Shown one piece after another: positions 1 to 11,334 of a DNA stretch of 64,000 nt (the first letter of the stretch is position 1; each line of letters opens with the position of its first letter). The notes below the pieces were generated by a model. That model saw only the letters and a list, made by a program, of their open reading frames with translations, was not told where the DNA came from and ran no database searches. Location of the stretch: the NCBI GenBank assembly GCA_965214775.1, contig OZ243974.1, positions 1,440,001 to 1,504,000 on the forward strand, read 5' to 3'. This DNA is from Nitrosopumilus sp. Lineage in GTDB: Archaea > Thermoproteota > Nitrososphaeria > Nitrososphaerales > Nitrosopumilaceae. Both the position numbers and the translations under genes were made by a program.

Positions 1-265
1 TGTCCATGCAGGGCCTTCCTGCCCCGCTCCGTGGCAGGACTGTGCCGGAGCTGCGGAATCTGGCCCATATCTTCCTGACATACCTGTCGCTGATGCCCAG
101 CTCCCGGGCTATCTGCTTTGCAGGCACGCCCTTTTTCCTCTGCTTTTCTATGTACCGGAGCGACTTTTCCTCCAATTTTTTCCTCACGTTTTTTGATCGG
201 TACAGCCTAAAATAATCCTTCAAAGTACGCCTGATCTTAGGCGGAACTAATTTTCGTATGATAGA
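1..265 (-). mobile_element. Left end and 5' part of an IS (IS481-like); transposase N-terminus runs off the window
   Basis: Minus strand from GTG ~187 reads MRKKLEEKSLRYIEKQRKKGVPAKQIARELGISDRYVRKIWARFRSSG..GRP, an HTH typical of transposase N-termini; terminus placed at ~265 by resemblance to archaeal IS481 ends (approximate). Confidence 0.6.
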
Positions 266-1328
266 GAGTCCAGACAGAGCAAATGACGTTATAAAGCAGC
301 AGAGGGATGCCAAGGCATCCGTTGATATACACAATGAGGCCTTTCTGGCGGGATTGACATCCGCAACCCACGAGTCTGTAACTGCCGTACGTGACTCTAA
401 CTCGGCCCCCTCTAAATTCAATCCAGGCTTTGCGACATTTGAAATATCAAAAATGCCAAAACTTGGGGATGTCTTTGAGATTGCCGTTACCGCACAATAT
501 TACAACCGTACCGATGTAACGCCTCAAATAAGGATCATTATAAGTGAGGATATTTTTGAGTTTGTCAACGATCTGTTTTCTGCCAACACCGAATTCAGAT
601 CATACAACGGTCGCACAACTGCAATATTTTACACCGATCCCGTTAACGCGGGCCAGCTCAACGGAACAGTACGCGCAATATCAGAAGGATACGGCGCCGT
701 GTGGGGCGGAGCGCTTGTTACCGACACGCAGGAACCCTATCGAATCTACATAGACAAGGAAAACTCGTTCTTCTATGATGAGAACAAGCTCAGGCAACGC
801 GTCACAACCGAGCCTCAATACGGCATCTCTTACGCAGATCTGGTGAAACTTCAGGAACGGGCAAAAACCGATTCAAGCCTCAGGGATCAGACGACGGTAT
901 ACGACTCTTCCGTGCCGATACCGCCAAATCTGGTCGGCGAGGACGCAGTAAAGAGTATCTTCCTAGACAGGATAAACTGGGCAGACTACCGCGACGACAA
1001 AAACTGGGTTGCCCAGATGCCAAGGGCAGAAACGCTGAAGATTTCAAGCGAGGTTCCTGACGCGATTGGACTTGGGACCATATCTGCTGTCAACTTTACA
1101 CTGCAGTCAGTCAACAGGCTAAACGACTATGAACACGTAAAAGTCGACGTGATTCCCGGGCCCGGCCTTGCCTTGGTCGACGCGTATCACGGTGACGTGT
1201 TTGACATCGGGCCTGAAAACTCCACATCCATACAGTATGGGATAATGGCCACGCAGCCAGGAACTTGGATGCTCAACTTCAAGTTCAACGACGCTTACGA
1301 GCGTTATCTTGTAGTGGTGGGACAATAG
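258..1328 (+). CDS. Hypothetical extracellular-type protein, probably 5'-truncated by the IS
   Basis: 356-aa ORF with beta-rich segments; its ATG lies within the putative IS end; 3 nt upstream of the next gene. Confidence 0.55.
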   Translation: MIESPDRANDVIKQQRDAKASVDIHNEAFLAGLTSATHESVTAVRDSNSAPSKFNPGFATFEISKMPKLGDVFEIAVTAQYYNRTDVTPQIRIIISEDIFEFVNDLFSANTEFRSYNGRTTAIFYTDPVNAGQLNGTVRAISEGYGAVWGGALVTDTQEPYRIYIDKENSFFYDENKLRQRVTTEPQYGISYADLVKLQERAKTDSSLRDQTTVYDSSVPIPPNLVGEDAVKSIFLDRINWADYRDDKNWVAQMPRAETLKISSEVPDAIGLGTISAVNFTLQSVNRLNDYEHVKVDVIPGPGLALVDAYHGDVFDIGPENSTSIQYGIMATQPGTWMLNFKFNDAYERYLVVVGQ

Positions 1329-2297
1329 CCATTGAACAATCCGCGGTCTGTGTTCTTAGTAGCCATCACCGTGGTGTCGCTTGCGACCCTTCCGGTCGTT
1401 TTTCCTCATGCTGATGCGTATTTTAGCGTCCAAGGTTTTGTGAATGTGGACGGAAGAGAGGGGCAAACATCAGTAGACGGCGCTATGGCGTGTGTTCACA
1501 GGTTATCTTCTAGCACGCCATTAATACTCCATGATGACAATGACGCATGCTCTGTCGTTTCCGGCTCATACTGCCAAATCAGCAATATCGTAAACCCCAG
1601 ACCATCAAGTCTGGACATTGAAGTAAGATTTACCACCGACAATGACTTCATAACCGTCGTAAACGATAACGACGAAGCATATTACGCAAAATCGGGGTCT
1701 GTGAACGACGTTCCTGATGACGTTACCGTGTATGTGCCGACCAAAATAATCACGGCAATTGCTGGTTTGAATGACAAGCGCGGATTCTGGATAATGAATG
1801 ACCTGCAAGATGCAAGGGATTTTTTTGAGAACGGCGTCGATGCTGAGATCAAGCATGTAAAGGCAATAGACTTTATGCGTAATCGGCCCATCTGATCTAA
1901 AAATACGACACAATAGATCATTATTTGCACACCAACAACCCTAAAGATCTGTATGATTCCCTAACTGTATGGGCTCAAATGACAAGACTCTCCAAGCATT
2001 TCAAGCGTTACAAGCGCAACACGAGATGCTAGTCGAGCAACACGAGATGCTAGTCGAGCAACACGAGCAGGTATCCAAGCAAAACAAACAGATGTCCAAG
2101 CAAAACGAGCGTATGAGGAAGCAGCTTGCGTTTGAGGACTCGCTGTGGCAGTCCGAAGAAAACAAGACAAAAAGAGTCGTGCGCGGCCGAACGCCTCTGC
2201 GGATGCACGCAATCGAGGTTGCAGACGGCATAATCGGCGATCCGGTGCGCCTTTGCAACGTCACGGGATGCACAAAGGAGTCATTTACGATCATACG

Positions 2298-3432
2298 TAG
2301 TATCTACGTCAGCCATTTGTTCATCTTTACCACCTTTATCTCGCCCCTGCGCGTCATACTGCGCAGTGATCTCTGCATCTCCTTGACGGTCTTGTAAAGG
2401 CAGTTTGAAGTCGCCTTTTTGAACCCGCGCCACTGCCCCTCCGAGTTGTTAAGCTCCGGCGCGTACGGTGGCAGGTACTTTAGCACCACGTCCCCGTTCC
2501 ACTTGGCCATCTTTCTATTGAGTTCTGCTGACTTGTGGTACGATGCGTTGTCGACAAACAACAACACCTTGCCGTACTTACGGCGCAGTGTCCTGAGAAA
2601 CTTGTAGAATGTTCCCGTGTTGGCCTTTTCGTAAAAGCGATAGTCAAACCTGTTTCTTGAGAGGGCCCCTATGACATAGAACCGCTTCCTAGACAGGCTG
2701 ACGGGCGTATAGACCGGCTCTCCTACGGGGTACCAGCTGTTCTTGACGTTCCATCCCAGTATGAACATGGACTCGTCGCCTATCATTACCGTGTACCCCT
2801 TTTTTGAATAGTACTTTGCGCTCTGCCTAGCTTTTTTTTTGAACTCCTTTTTCTCGGATTCTGAGGCTGATTTTGGGTGTTTTGGCCTGGGCTTTCTGCA
2901 TGAGAAGCCGATTCTGTGCAGCAGGTCGTACATGCTCGTTTCTGCATACGTGATGCCGAACTTCTTTTTGACGTGGGCAATGACCAGCGGCCCTGTCCAT
3001 GTTGTGGCCTTAAAGCCGCAGTTGTCCGGGCCCTTGATCAGGTCTGCGCGCAGCCGTTCAAGCTGTTTCTTGTCGAGCCTGCACGGGGCGCCATGCTTTA
3101 TGTCAAACCTGCCCTCCAGGCCATGCTTGTGCGCACGCACCAGCCAGTATCGTACGGTTCCATACGGCCTGCTCAGCTTCTCGGCAATATCATATATGCT
3201 CGCGCCGCACTTTCTCATGTGGTATGCAAGGAGCCGGATTGCCGCCTTGGCGTCCTTCTCGGACTTGTGCATCCTAAAAAGCTCGTCCTTGCTTGCTATC
3301 CCGTACAGGAACGCTGTTCCCGTCGGTAATTCCTTCTTTCCTTTCATGTGTATATATGGGACTAATAGCTCTTAGATCCTTTGGTTGAAAAAAATTGTCC
3401 TTTTTGTGATCAATTGGTAGCCGAGGATACTA
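2298..3432 (-). mobile_element. IS630-family element copy 1 (1135 bp)
   Basis: Ends TAGTATC...GATACTA flanked by CG on both sides; near-identical to copy at 17245. Confidence 0.95.
2304..3347 (-). CDS. IS630-family transposase
   Basis: HTH, then GDES, DNASYH, LPPYAPELNNSE motifs; single 347-aa ORF. Confidence 0.95.
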   Translation of the reverse strand: MKGKKELPTGTAFLYGIASKDELFRMHKSEKDAKAAIRLLAYHMRKCGASIYDIAEKLSRPYGTVRYWLVRAHKHGLEGRFDIKHGAPCRLDKKQLERLRADLIKGPDNCGFKATTWTGPLVIAHVKKKFGITYAETSMYDLLHRIGFSCRKPRPKHPKSASESEKKEFKKKARQSAKYYSKKGYTVMIGDESMFILGWNVKNSWYPVGEPVYTPVSLSRKRFYVIGALSRNRFDYRFYEKANTGTFYKFLRTLRRKYGKVLLFVDNASYHKSAELNRKMAKWNGDVVLKYLPPYAPELNNSEGQWRGFKKATSNCLYKTVKEMQRSLRSMTRRGEIKVVKMNKWLT

Positions 3433-6400
3433 CGGGAGCGCTTTACGGAAGAAGTCATGGACGACGAGGACAGGCCCCTGTTCTGGGAGGACGACGTAAG
3501 AGGCGGCGATGCCGGAAACCGGTGCAAGCTGTACATCAGGCACGCGCTGCTTGCAGTACTCATGAGCATAAGGACCAAGGCAACGCAGCATCATCTGGCC
3601 GCAACGTTTGACGTCGACCAGTCCACAATGTCCAGGTACCTCCGGTACGGTGCCGTGTTACTGCGCCAGCTCCTGCCTGCCTCCGAAAAGCTAACAAGCA
3701 TCATCTGCAAGACCCCGGCAGGCAAGCTGGAGGAGGTGCTGATCCCAAAAAAGACGCTCCTGATTGACGGTACCCTGACTCCGGTAGACAGGCCCGGGGA
3801 CAGGACCGCAAGAAAGACCAGATACTCGGGAAGAAAAAAGCGGCACATGTTCAACACGATAATTACCTCGAACCTGGACGGCCTCATACTGCACTGCGGC
3901 AAGACTGTGGACGGAAGCGTCAACGACAAGGGCGTGATGAACGCAGGGGGCGGCCCGGACTTTGGAAGGCACACCGGATCAATGAGGAATGCAAAAAACG
4001 CAGACGATCCGGAAGAGGCGTTTGTGATTTACAGCGACCTGGGATTTGAGGGCATTCAAAAGATGCTTCCGGGCGCCATACACAGGCAGCCCCCAAAGAA
4101 GCCCAGGGACGGGGATCTTACTGCAACGCAAAAGAGGCGCCGCAAGCAGATAAGCAGGGTTCGCGTCAGGGTGGAGCACCACATAGGACGGCTCAAAAGA
4201 TATGGCATTCTTACCATGCCGTTTGGCGGGACTGCCAAGGATCTAAACTATTTCATGCAGATAATCACGGGTCTTGAGAACCTCAAGACTATGCTGAAAA
4301 GGAAAAAATACTATGGCCAGCTGCTGCAGCAGCTGCATCTGCTGCCAGACACATGACATACGGCGGTACGGACCGCCATTCTTTCTGACTTGTCAGCGGG
4401 GCACATTGCCGTGCTGCATGGTTGCGCACGTTCTTTTGGCGCAACTGGCTTTTACGTGCGTCATGACACGAGATGCATGCGGTAATTTGATCCGATCAGC
4501 GCATTTGCGTTTGGAAAAGCCTACGGAATTTTTAATCACGGTCGATTACGCATAAAGTCTAATCTGGAAAGATGGGCGAAACGTGAACTATTCCAACTAT
4601 GCTGATTCCGTAATCGATATTGACGGTCTTGGCAGCTACAAAGAGGAACCTGACGGAGATGTCAACAATGAGTGGATCATACTGCACGAATATGGACATC
4701 ACGTAATGGACCATGCATATGGCGGTGTCTTTCCTATAAGCAATTGTCCAACCCCACACTACATTACCCAACAGAGTAGCCAAAACTGCGGCTGGACGGA
4801 AGGCTGGGCCAATTTTGTACCCCACCTCGTAACCGGTGATGAAGTAATGAGTCTTCTCAACCACTCTGTGTCGTATGACATCGAAGAGCCGCGATACGGC
4901 AACATCAGAGGTACTGACAGTAGTTTTGAACAAACCGAACGAACCGAGGGCCGCGTGGCCGCAACGCTCTGGGATCTGCACGATTCTGGAAGAACCGATG
5001 AAAATATCAGGCGCGACTTTGACAGATATATCTGGGATGCGTTCTCGGATCTTACTCCTGCTGAATATGCCGACAATTTCAGGGAGTTCCAGGAAAACTG
5101 GGATAAAAAACATCCTTCTTCGGCAGAAGATGATCTAAGGGAGGTCATGATACTGAACACCATCGTATATCTTGCGGTGCCCGATCAAATAGACGATCTA
5201 AAGGCAGTTAGCGTCACCACAAGACAGGCAACCCTGACTTGGAGCATACCGTCAGACAATGGTCATCAGATTACAAGGCAGGAAATTGTGCAGAGGCATG
5301 GCCTTGCGGAAGAAACCATCATGCCGCTGTCTGCCAACGAGACCATCTATACGGCTCCAAACCTAGTTGACAACAACGCCTACTCGTTTTTTGTCAGGGT
5401 TTACAACGAACACGGATTTTCTGCATCAAACGTTGAGAACATCATAACCGCACAGATCCCCAACCCGCCAAAAAACATCCGGTCTGTTAATGTCTCCCAC
5501 GACATGGTTGAAATTTCCTGGGAGGCTCCAGACGACGGAAATTTTGAGGTCACCCAATACGAGATCTTCAGGGCCGCCTCGCCGTTCGTCTCGTTAGCTA
5601 ACGTGTCTGCATCCATCACGACATATGCTGATACCTCCGTGTCTGCCGCCACCGATTATCGTTACAAGATACGTGCGCACAGCCAACACGATTCCAGCAC
5701 GTTTTCTCAAACAATTCCTGTTTCCACTCCGACGCAATCCCCCGGCATCTGCATGCCGCCTGCCATCACGGCGCCAGAAGACGTGACGGTCGAGGCAACT
5801 GCCGTCCTCACACCTGCCTCCGACGTGGGTCTGGGCGACGCCGTGACCTCAGACGATGTTGATGCCGATCCCACAATAACAAACGATGCGCCAGAGTCGT
5901 TTCCTCTAGGCGACACCACGGTAACGTGGACTGCCACTGATTCCTGTGGCAACGCAGCGACGGACACCCAGACCGTGACGATACGGGACACGACACTGCC
6001 AAGCATCACCGCACCGCCAGATGTCACAGCCGAGGCTGCCGGCGTACTTACCATAGTATCCATTGGACAGGCCACCGCAACTGACATCGCCGATCCAGAT
6101 CCGACGATAACAAATGACGCGCCAGCATCGTTCCCTCTGGGCGACACCACAGTCACGTGGATTGCCACGGATGGCTCTGGCAACGCGGCGACGGCAACAC
6201 AGGCTGTTACGATACGGGACACCACGCCGCCCCAGATCACCGCGCCTGCAGACCATACCGCAGAGGCTGCCGGCATGATGACTGTCCTGAATGCCGGCGA
6301 CTATGGGACTCCCACCGTATCTGACATTGCGGATCCCAACCCGATGATAGCAAACGACGCGCCAGAGTCGTTTTCTCTGGGCAACACCACAATAACGTGG

Positions 6401-8575
6401 ACTGCCACGGACTCCTCGGACAATGTTGCCACGGCAACCCAGACTGTTACAATACGGGACACCACGCCGCCTGCCATCTCCGACCTGCGCGACATAAGCG
6501 TGGATGATCCGGCGGGCCGGGGGGTGGCTGTCAGCTACGACGCGCCTACTGCCACCGACCTCGTGGACGCAACAGTGGCAGTATCGTGCACGCACGAGCC
6601 GGGATCGACGTTTGCGCCAGGATTCACCGGGGTAGCGTGCACGGCGACAGACGGCTCTGAAAACCTGTCGCGTGTCGGGTTCATCATACACGTGGACGCC
6701 TCCGATTCAATCTTGGATGTCTCTCAGACGGTAAGCACGGGCCGGTCCACGTGGAGCGTGACTGGTCCTGACAGGGTGTTTGCGGGGCAGACCTTCGAGT
6801 ATACGGTGACCCTCGAGGACGGGGCGAGGCCGCGGCTGGAGTCGCTTGCCGTGTACAGCACGGCGCCGGAGCGGGATCTCGGATGGCACGATCCCGATGC
6901 GGACTGCCAGACCGTGATATGCGCGGGGTTTCCAGGACAGAAGCATGACACGTACAAGATAGCAAGTGACGAGGACTCGCCGTACACTGCCATGCACAAC
7001 AAGATGAAAAAGTCCAGATCCAGCCACACCGTGCTGCTGCAGCCGGCAGTTAACGCGCCTGCGGGCACGCAGGCCACAGTCGGCATGATGGACAGCGGCA
7101 ACAACCAGGTGGGAGGTATACACGTAACGGTGATGCCGCCGTCCGCAAAGACGATAACAGGCGAGCACGCCACCTGGAGGATCACGGGCCCCGACAGGAT
7201 ATTTCCGGGGCAGACCTTCGAGTATACCGTGACCCTTGAGGGCACAAGGCACCAGCACGACGCCCTTGCCGTATACAGCAGATCGCTTACCGTGGACGAT
7301 TTCGGGGGATTCCCGGAGGGCTCCGGGTGCGGCACGACCGTATGCGCTGATTTCCCCGGGCAGCGGCGCCGCACGATGGAGCTTGACAACCACGCAGGCT
7401 CCGCATATGACGTAAGGTACCACACGATCAACGCGCTCGGATACCAGTACGCCATATTATTGAGGACGGCCGACGACGCGGAGGCGGGAGGCGCGTTCTG
7501 GGTCGGCCTGGTGGACGGGGACGGCGTCCCCAAGGGAGGCATACGGGTCACGATCGCAGATCCCGTGACCGTAACTGCCCCCTACGAGGAGCTCGTGGCA
7601 GGCCTGTCCTTTGAGGGCAGCCTGGCAGACGCGACGGGGAACAACAACGGCACGGCGGCAGCAGGGGATGTCGTCACATACGTGCCGGGCAGGATCGGCA
7701 GGGCGCTGCAGCTTGACAACTCCTCGCACGTCACCCTCGCGGGGGAGGCCGACTTTGACTTTGGGTGGTCCGACCCGCTCAGCATTGCGTTCTGGCTCAA
7801 ACAGGATGCGCCCGTCAGTGCCAACTCCATGGTACTGTCCAAGGTGGAGTCGATAGGCCATCCGGGCTCGTACGTGTGGATATGGGACGGGGCGCCCAAC
7901 AGGGTCCTGCTCATGCTGCACAACGGCTCCTCGTTCATAAACGTGCACACCCCGGCCCACCTGAACATGTCCGACGGCTCCTGGCACCACATGGCATTCA
8001 CGTACGACGGCTCGGGTGCCAAAGATGGCCTGAACGCGTACGTCGACGGCGAGCACCGGGACTTTGACCACTTCCGCAGGGGCCTGGGACTGACAGGCAA
8101 CATGACAAACGGCCATGCGTTTGCCCTAGGTGCCTCCGGCCTGCGGGAGCACGGCATGGCCGATGCGGCACTTGACGAGCTGCGCGTGTACGACACCGAG
8201 CTGTCAGCCCGGCAGGTGCGGCTGCTGCATGCGGCAGGCCTCGGCTAGCCTGCGCGATCACGGCGGGCCGAACCTGCGGCAGGAGATTGTGCCTGCCAGT
8301 AAATTCTTGGAGTATTCCATGATCAGACGTCCATGCAGACGGTCGATGACGTTCAAGGGTCTGCGATTGCCTGCATGATGCCCCACAGGCGGTACTGCAT
8401 GTCAGGACCTTTGCTGCCGTGCCTTCCGCGCGGTATCTTCTGGGGGTAGTAGACTCTTACATCTTATCGTGCATTGTTGCGCAATACCTAAATCAGGCGT
8501 GCCAGATCGATTATTGGAACGCAAAAAGGATCCGATATGGTGGCAGTACCCGACCAGTCCAGCCCATACTTTTGA

Positions 8576-9019
8576 TCAATCCAAAACAAACGTATCACGC
8601 TGTGACGGCAGTCTGATGCGCTCTTCAAGGGGGCCAGTTCCAGTTGATAATACCGTTTTTGTTTTGTCATTGCGCCGTGCCTTTAGGTAGGTCTCTATTG
8701 ACATACGAACCTCATCATATTCTGTCTGGTACTCTGAGGCGTGGGTATCCTGATGATTGTGACGGTGCCACATGGAAAGAGCCAGAACCTGCGCCGCGTG
8801 CCTGCATTTTGGTATCAGTATGCCGTCAGGTACCGGGGTATCCATGTATTTTGAGAGTATGTTTGTTATGGTGTCATTTGCCCTTGCAATGACATGGTCT
8901 AGCGTCCCGTCATGGGCGTCATTAGTAGGGATTATGCCGAGTGCTGACTTGACACTAGTGAGATTGGCAAAATACTTGTAATTTTCATTGAAGGTGTCTT
9001 CTTCAGTGCTGCTACTCAA
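8576..9019 (-). CDS. Putative phage head-tail connector/head-completion protein (gp6/gp15/Mu gp36-like)
   Basis: 147 aa with pattern YFANLTSVKSALGI..D..LD.VI.RAND.I...L...P..AA..LA...W resembling that family. Confidence 0.45.
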   Translation of the reverse strand: MSSSTEEDTFNENYKYFANLTSVKSALGIIPTNDAHDGTLDHVIARANDTITNILSKYMDTPVPDGILIPKCRHAAQVLALSMWHRHNHQDTHASEYQTEYDEVRMSIETYLKARRNDKTKTVLSTGTGPLEERIRLPSQRDTFVLD

Positions 9020-9120
9020 TATCTTTTAGCCTCCTTTCTGCAACATCCAGTTTACGGTTTACGATTCTTGCCACGTCCTGATGATCATGCTTTGAAAATT
9101 CAAGGTGTTGGTCTCCAAGT

Positions 9121-9243
9121 CAGTACTTCCCAAGTGTACTTTTGCAGGCACGACAATTACGTAATTTGCAAAAGACCTTATGCGTAAACGAAATTAGCGG
9201 CTATGCCGTGCCGGGTCTGCAAAAGCACACCTAGGAAGTACTG
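9121..9243. mobile_element. MITE family J (123 bp), non-autonomous derivative of the adjacent ISH3-like element
   Basis: TIR CAGTACTTCCCAAGTGTACTTTTGCAG / CTGCAAAAGCACACCTAGGAAGTACTG; AAGT on both flanks. Confidence 0.85.
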
Positions 9244-9247
9244 AAGT

Positions 9248-10778
9248 CAGTAGTTGCTAGATGTACTTTTGAAGGCATGATGATTACGTAATTTACCGAG
9301 ATTTTTTGACCATTACGATCTTAGATCAGAAGGTGTGTCAAACATCATCATGATGTCACCAACACAAAACGATGTGTTTGCACACCAGTACGACATAGCA
9401 ACACGGCAGTTTAAAGCATTGCGGCGGCGGTTCCTCAAACTCGGAATGGCAGTCTCAAAGAGTCACAACGAGGTGTACGGTCATGCCGACGTACTGCGCG
9501 TACTAAGCCTCATGTCTGATAGGAAGATGTTTGTCAGATCTGCCGTGACGCATCTTCACAGGAAGGTCTCAAAATACCACAGGTAGCAGCAGCAACAGCA
9601 ACAGCAGTATGACGGCGGGACTGTTAATGTTGCTGCCTCCTCTGCCTCCAAAAAGGGCGGCGCATACAGCTCCCGTACGCCCCATCCGGACTGGATCCTA
9701 AAGACCATCCGGAGCGTCAGCCCGGACCAGACGCAAAGGTGGTGCAACTCCATGTTACAGCACACGGTAAGAAACGGCCGCAGGTCCGGCATGTTGCACA
9801 ACACGGACGTAGTGGCAGTGGATGTCACCGACATCGAATACTATGGCAAGGGCCTAAAGGATGTCGCCAGAAAGTCAAAGCCCAAGAACGGCACGTCTAC
9901 TTTTCTCTCACACATTACCGTGCACGGAGTAGGATCAGATGACGGCTCTGACCTCGTGCTTTCCTCGCTGCAGCTTCCAAAAGATGCAAAACTGGCCGAT
10001 TTCGTGCCTAAAATGATCCGCAAAGCGTCCAGATCAGGTGTGCGGATCAGGATGTTCCTGTATGACCGGGGATTCTTTAATGTCAACTGCATGGTGGCCG
10101 CAGGCAAAAGCCAGGGCTGCTACGTCATGCCTGCAGTCAAGAACAAGAGGATAAAGGCGGCAATAGAGGAATACCTCCATGTAAAGCGCGATGCAATATC
10201 TGACTATACCATGACTAACAAGGAGGGCAAAAGCGTCACGTTCAGGCTGGTCATTGTAAAAAAGGAGGAAGAAGACGAAGACACAGACAAAGACAAAGAC
10301 ACAGACAAAGACAAAGACACAGACACAGCAAAAGAGGAATGCACAGAAAAAAAGAAGGAAAAGAAAAAAGAAACGGCAGACGAATACCTGGTCTTTGCCA
10401 CCAACATGCATGCCAAAAGCGTAGAGGCCGTCATAGCTCAGATACCAGAAGAGTACCGCATGCGGTGGGGAATCAAGACAGGGTTCAGGGTGATCAAGGG
10501 AGTAATGGGCAAGACATGCAGCAATTCGCCGGCAGTCAGGATGTTGTTATTCTACATGCACCTCATACTGTACAATCTCTGGAGGACTGCCATATTCATG
10601 GATGTGGAGTCCATGTGGGATGGATTTGCGGGAGGCAAGGGGTTTACCATGGCGCTGTTTGTCGAGTGCATTACAGATGCGGCTGACTCGTTTGTAAACG
10701 ATCGCAGAAAGTAGTAGCAGTGGCCGCAGTGGTGCCGTGTCCGATGATGGTCTGCAAAAGTACACCTAGGAACTACTG
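9248..10778 (+). mobile_element. ISH3-family insertion sequence (inactive)
   Basis: Ends CAGTAGTTGCTAGATGTACTTTTG / CAAAAGTACACCTAGGAACTACTG; flanks do not match. Confidence 0.85.
9335..10714 (+). pseudogene. ISH3-family transposase pseudogene
   Basis: ORFs 9335-9586 and 9752-10714 share a frame and are separated by one TAG; AVDVTD, YDRGFF, YRMRWGIKTGFR (catalytic E appears replaced by K). Confidence 0.85.
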
Positions 10779-11097
10779 AATAAGGGAGATCGAGAAATAT
10801 CACGACCTGATGTTGCGTGGAATAATCTCAAGATCCGACTTTGAAATGAAAAAGGACGCGCTGCTGGGCCTCGAAAAGTAGCCGGCCACGATCCTAAAAA
10901 CTGTCATTTGACAAGCATCATCCTTGTTGATATTGCATCCTGTTTCAGGATGCCTGCATTTGGAACAGTCTTCCTAGAAGTAATCCCGAAAACGACCTTG
11001 GATTTGAAATAAATCAAGTTATGGTGCATGGTATATGGCCGTCGAAGGTTTATGCAAAACAGAGTACTAAAATATGGAATATGGTACAGAATGCTGA

Positions 11098-11334
11098 ATG
11101 GTCAGACTGGATCTTGCACGCCTTGGCACGGATAATTCTGGCAATCATCCCTGTCAATGTGACATTGACGATGCAGTGGGAACAGCAGATGGAGGAGGAA
11201 GAATCAGGTTTGGCGATAGCAGCTTTACAATTGAAGAAAAGAATCCATATGTGATAATGTTTCCAATGGACGACGTCTGGAGACTTGGCGAAGCGCTGTC
11301 TGAGGCGCACGCGCAGGAGGGTGGCAAGGCATGA
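11098..11334 (+). CDS. Hypothetical 78-aa protein (cassette copy 1)
   Basis: Frame conserved in paralog 14944-15186; stop overlaps next start (ATGA). Confidence 0.6.
   Translation: MVRLDLARLGTDNSGNHPCQCDIDDAVGTADGGGRIRFGDSSFTIEEKNPYVIMFPMDDVWRLGEALSEAHAQEGGKA

Larger units (their letters stand above)
1969..4356 (+). pseudogene. IS5-family transposase split into 1969-2297 and 3435-4356
   Basis: Removing IS630 plus one CG restores a 416-aa ORF (..FTIIR|ERFTEEVMDD..); motifs IDGT, YSGRKKRH, SDLGFEG, RVRVEHHIGRLK. Confidence 0.9.
1869..4559 (+). mobile_element. IS5-family (ISL2-like, DDE_Tnp_4) insertion sequence, interrupted by IS630
   Basis: TIR GACTTTATGCGTAATCG / CGATTACGCATAAAGTC; TA duplication at 1867-68 and 4560-61. 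Confidence 0.9.
1332..8248 (+). pseudogene. Large secreted zinc metalloprotease (signal peptide, HEYGH, 2 FN3, ~4 HYR-like repeats, 2 unknown repeats, LamG-like C-terminus) split by an IS5 insertion
   Basis: Joining 1332-1868 to 4562-8248 gives one in-frame 1407-aa ORF (..KHVKAI|IWKDGRNVNYSNY..); HEYGH plus downstream WTEGWA; FPLGDTTVTWTATD repeats; WHHMAFTYDG..LDELRVYD motif. Confidence 0.85.

Noticed and set aside
2828-2845. A9 tract as a programmed -1 frameshift site in the IS630 transposase
   Set aside because: The ORF is already continuous through it in both copies
4559-8261. Many long antisense ORFs within the protease gene
   Set aside because: GC-rich shadow frames with no recognisable motifs
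9584-9586. In-frame TAG as pyrrolysine or readthrough
   Set aside because: Simple CAG>TAG in a Gln run; the gene also appears to have lost its catalytic Glu; no pyl genes seen
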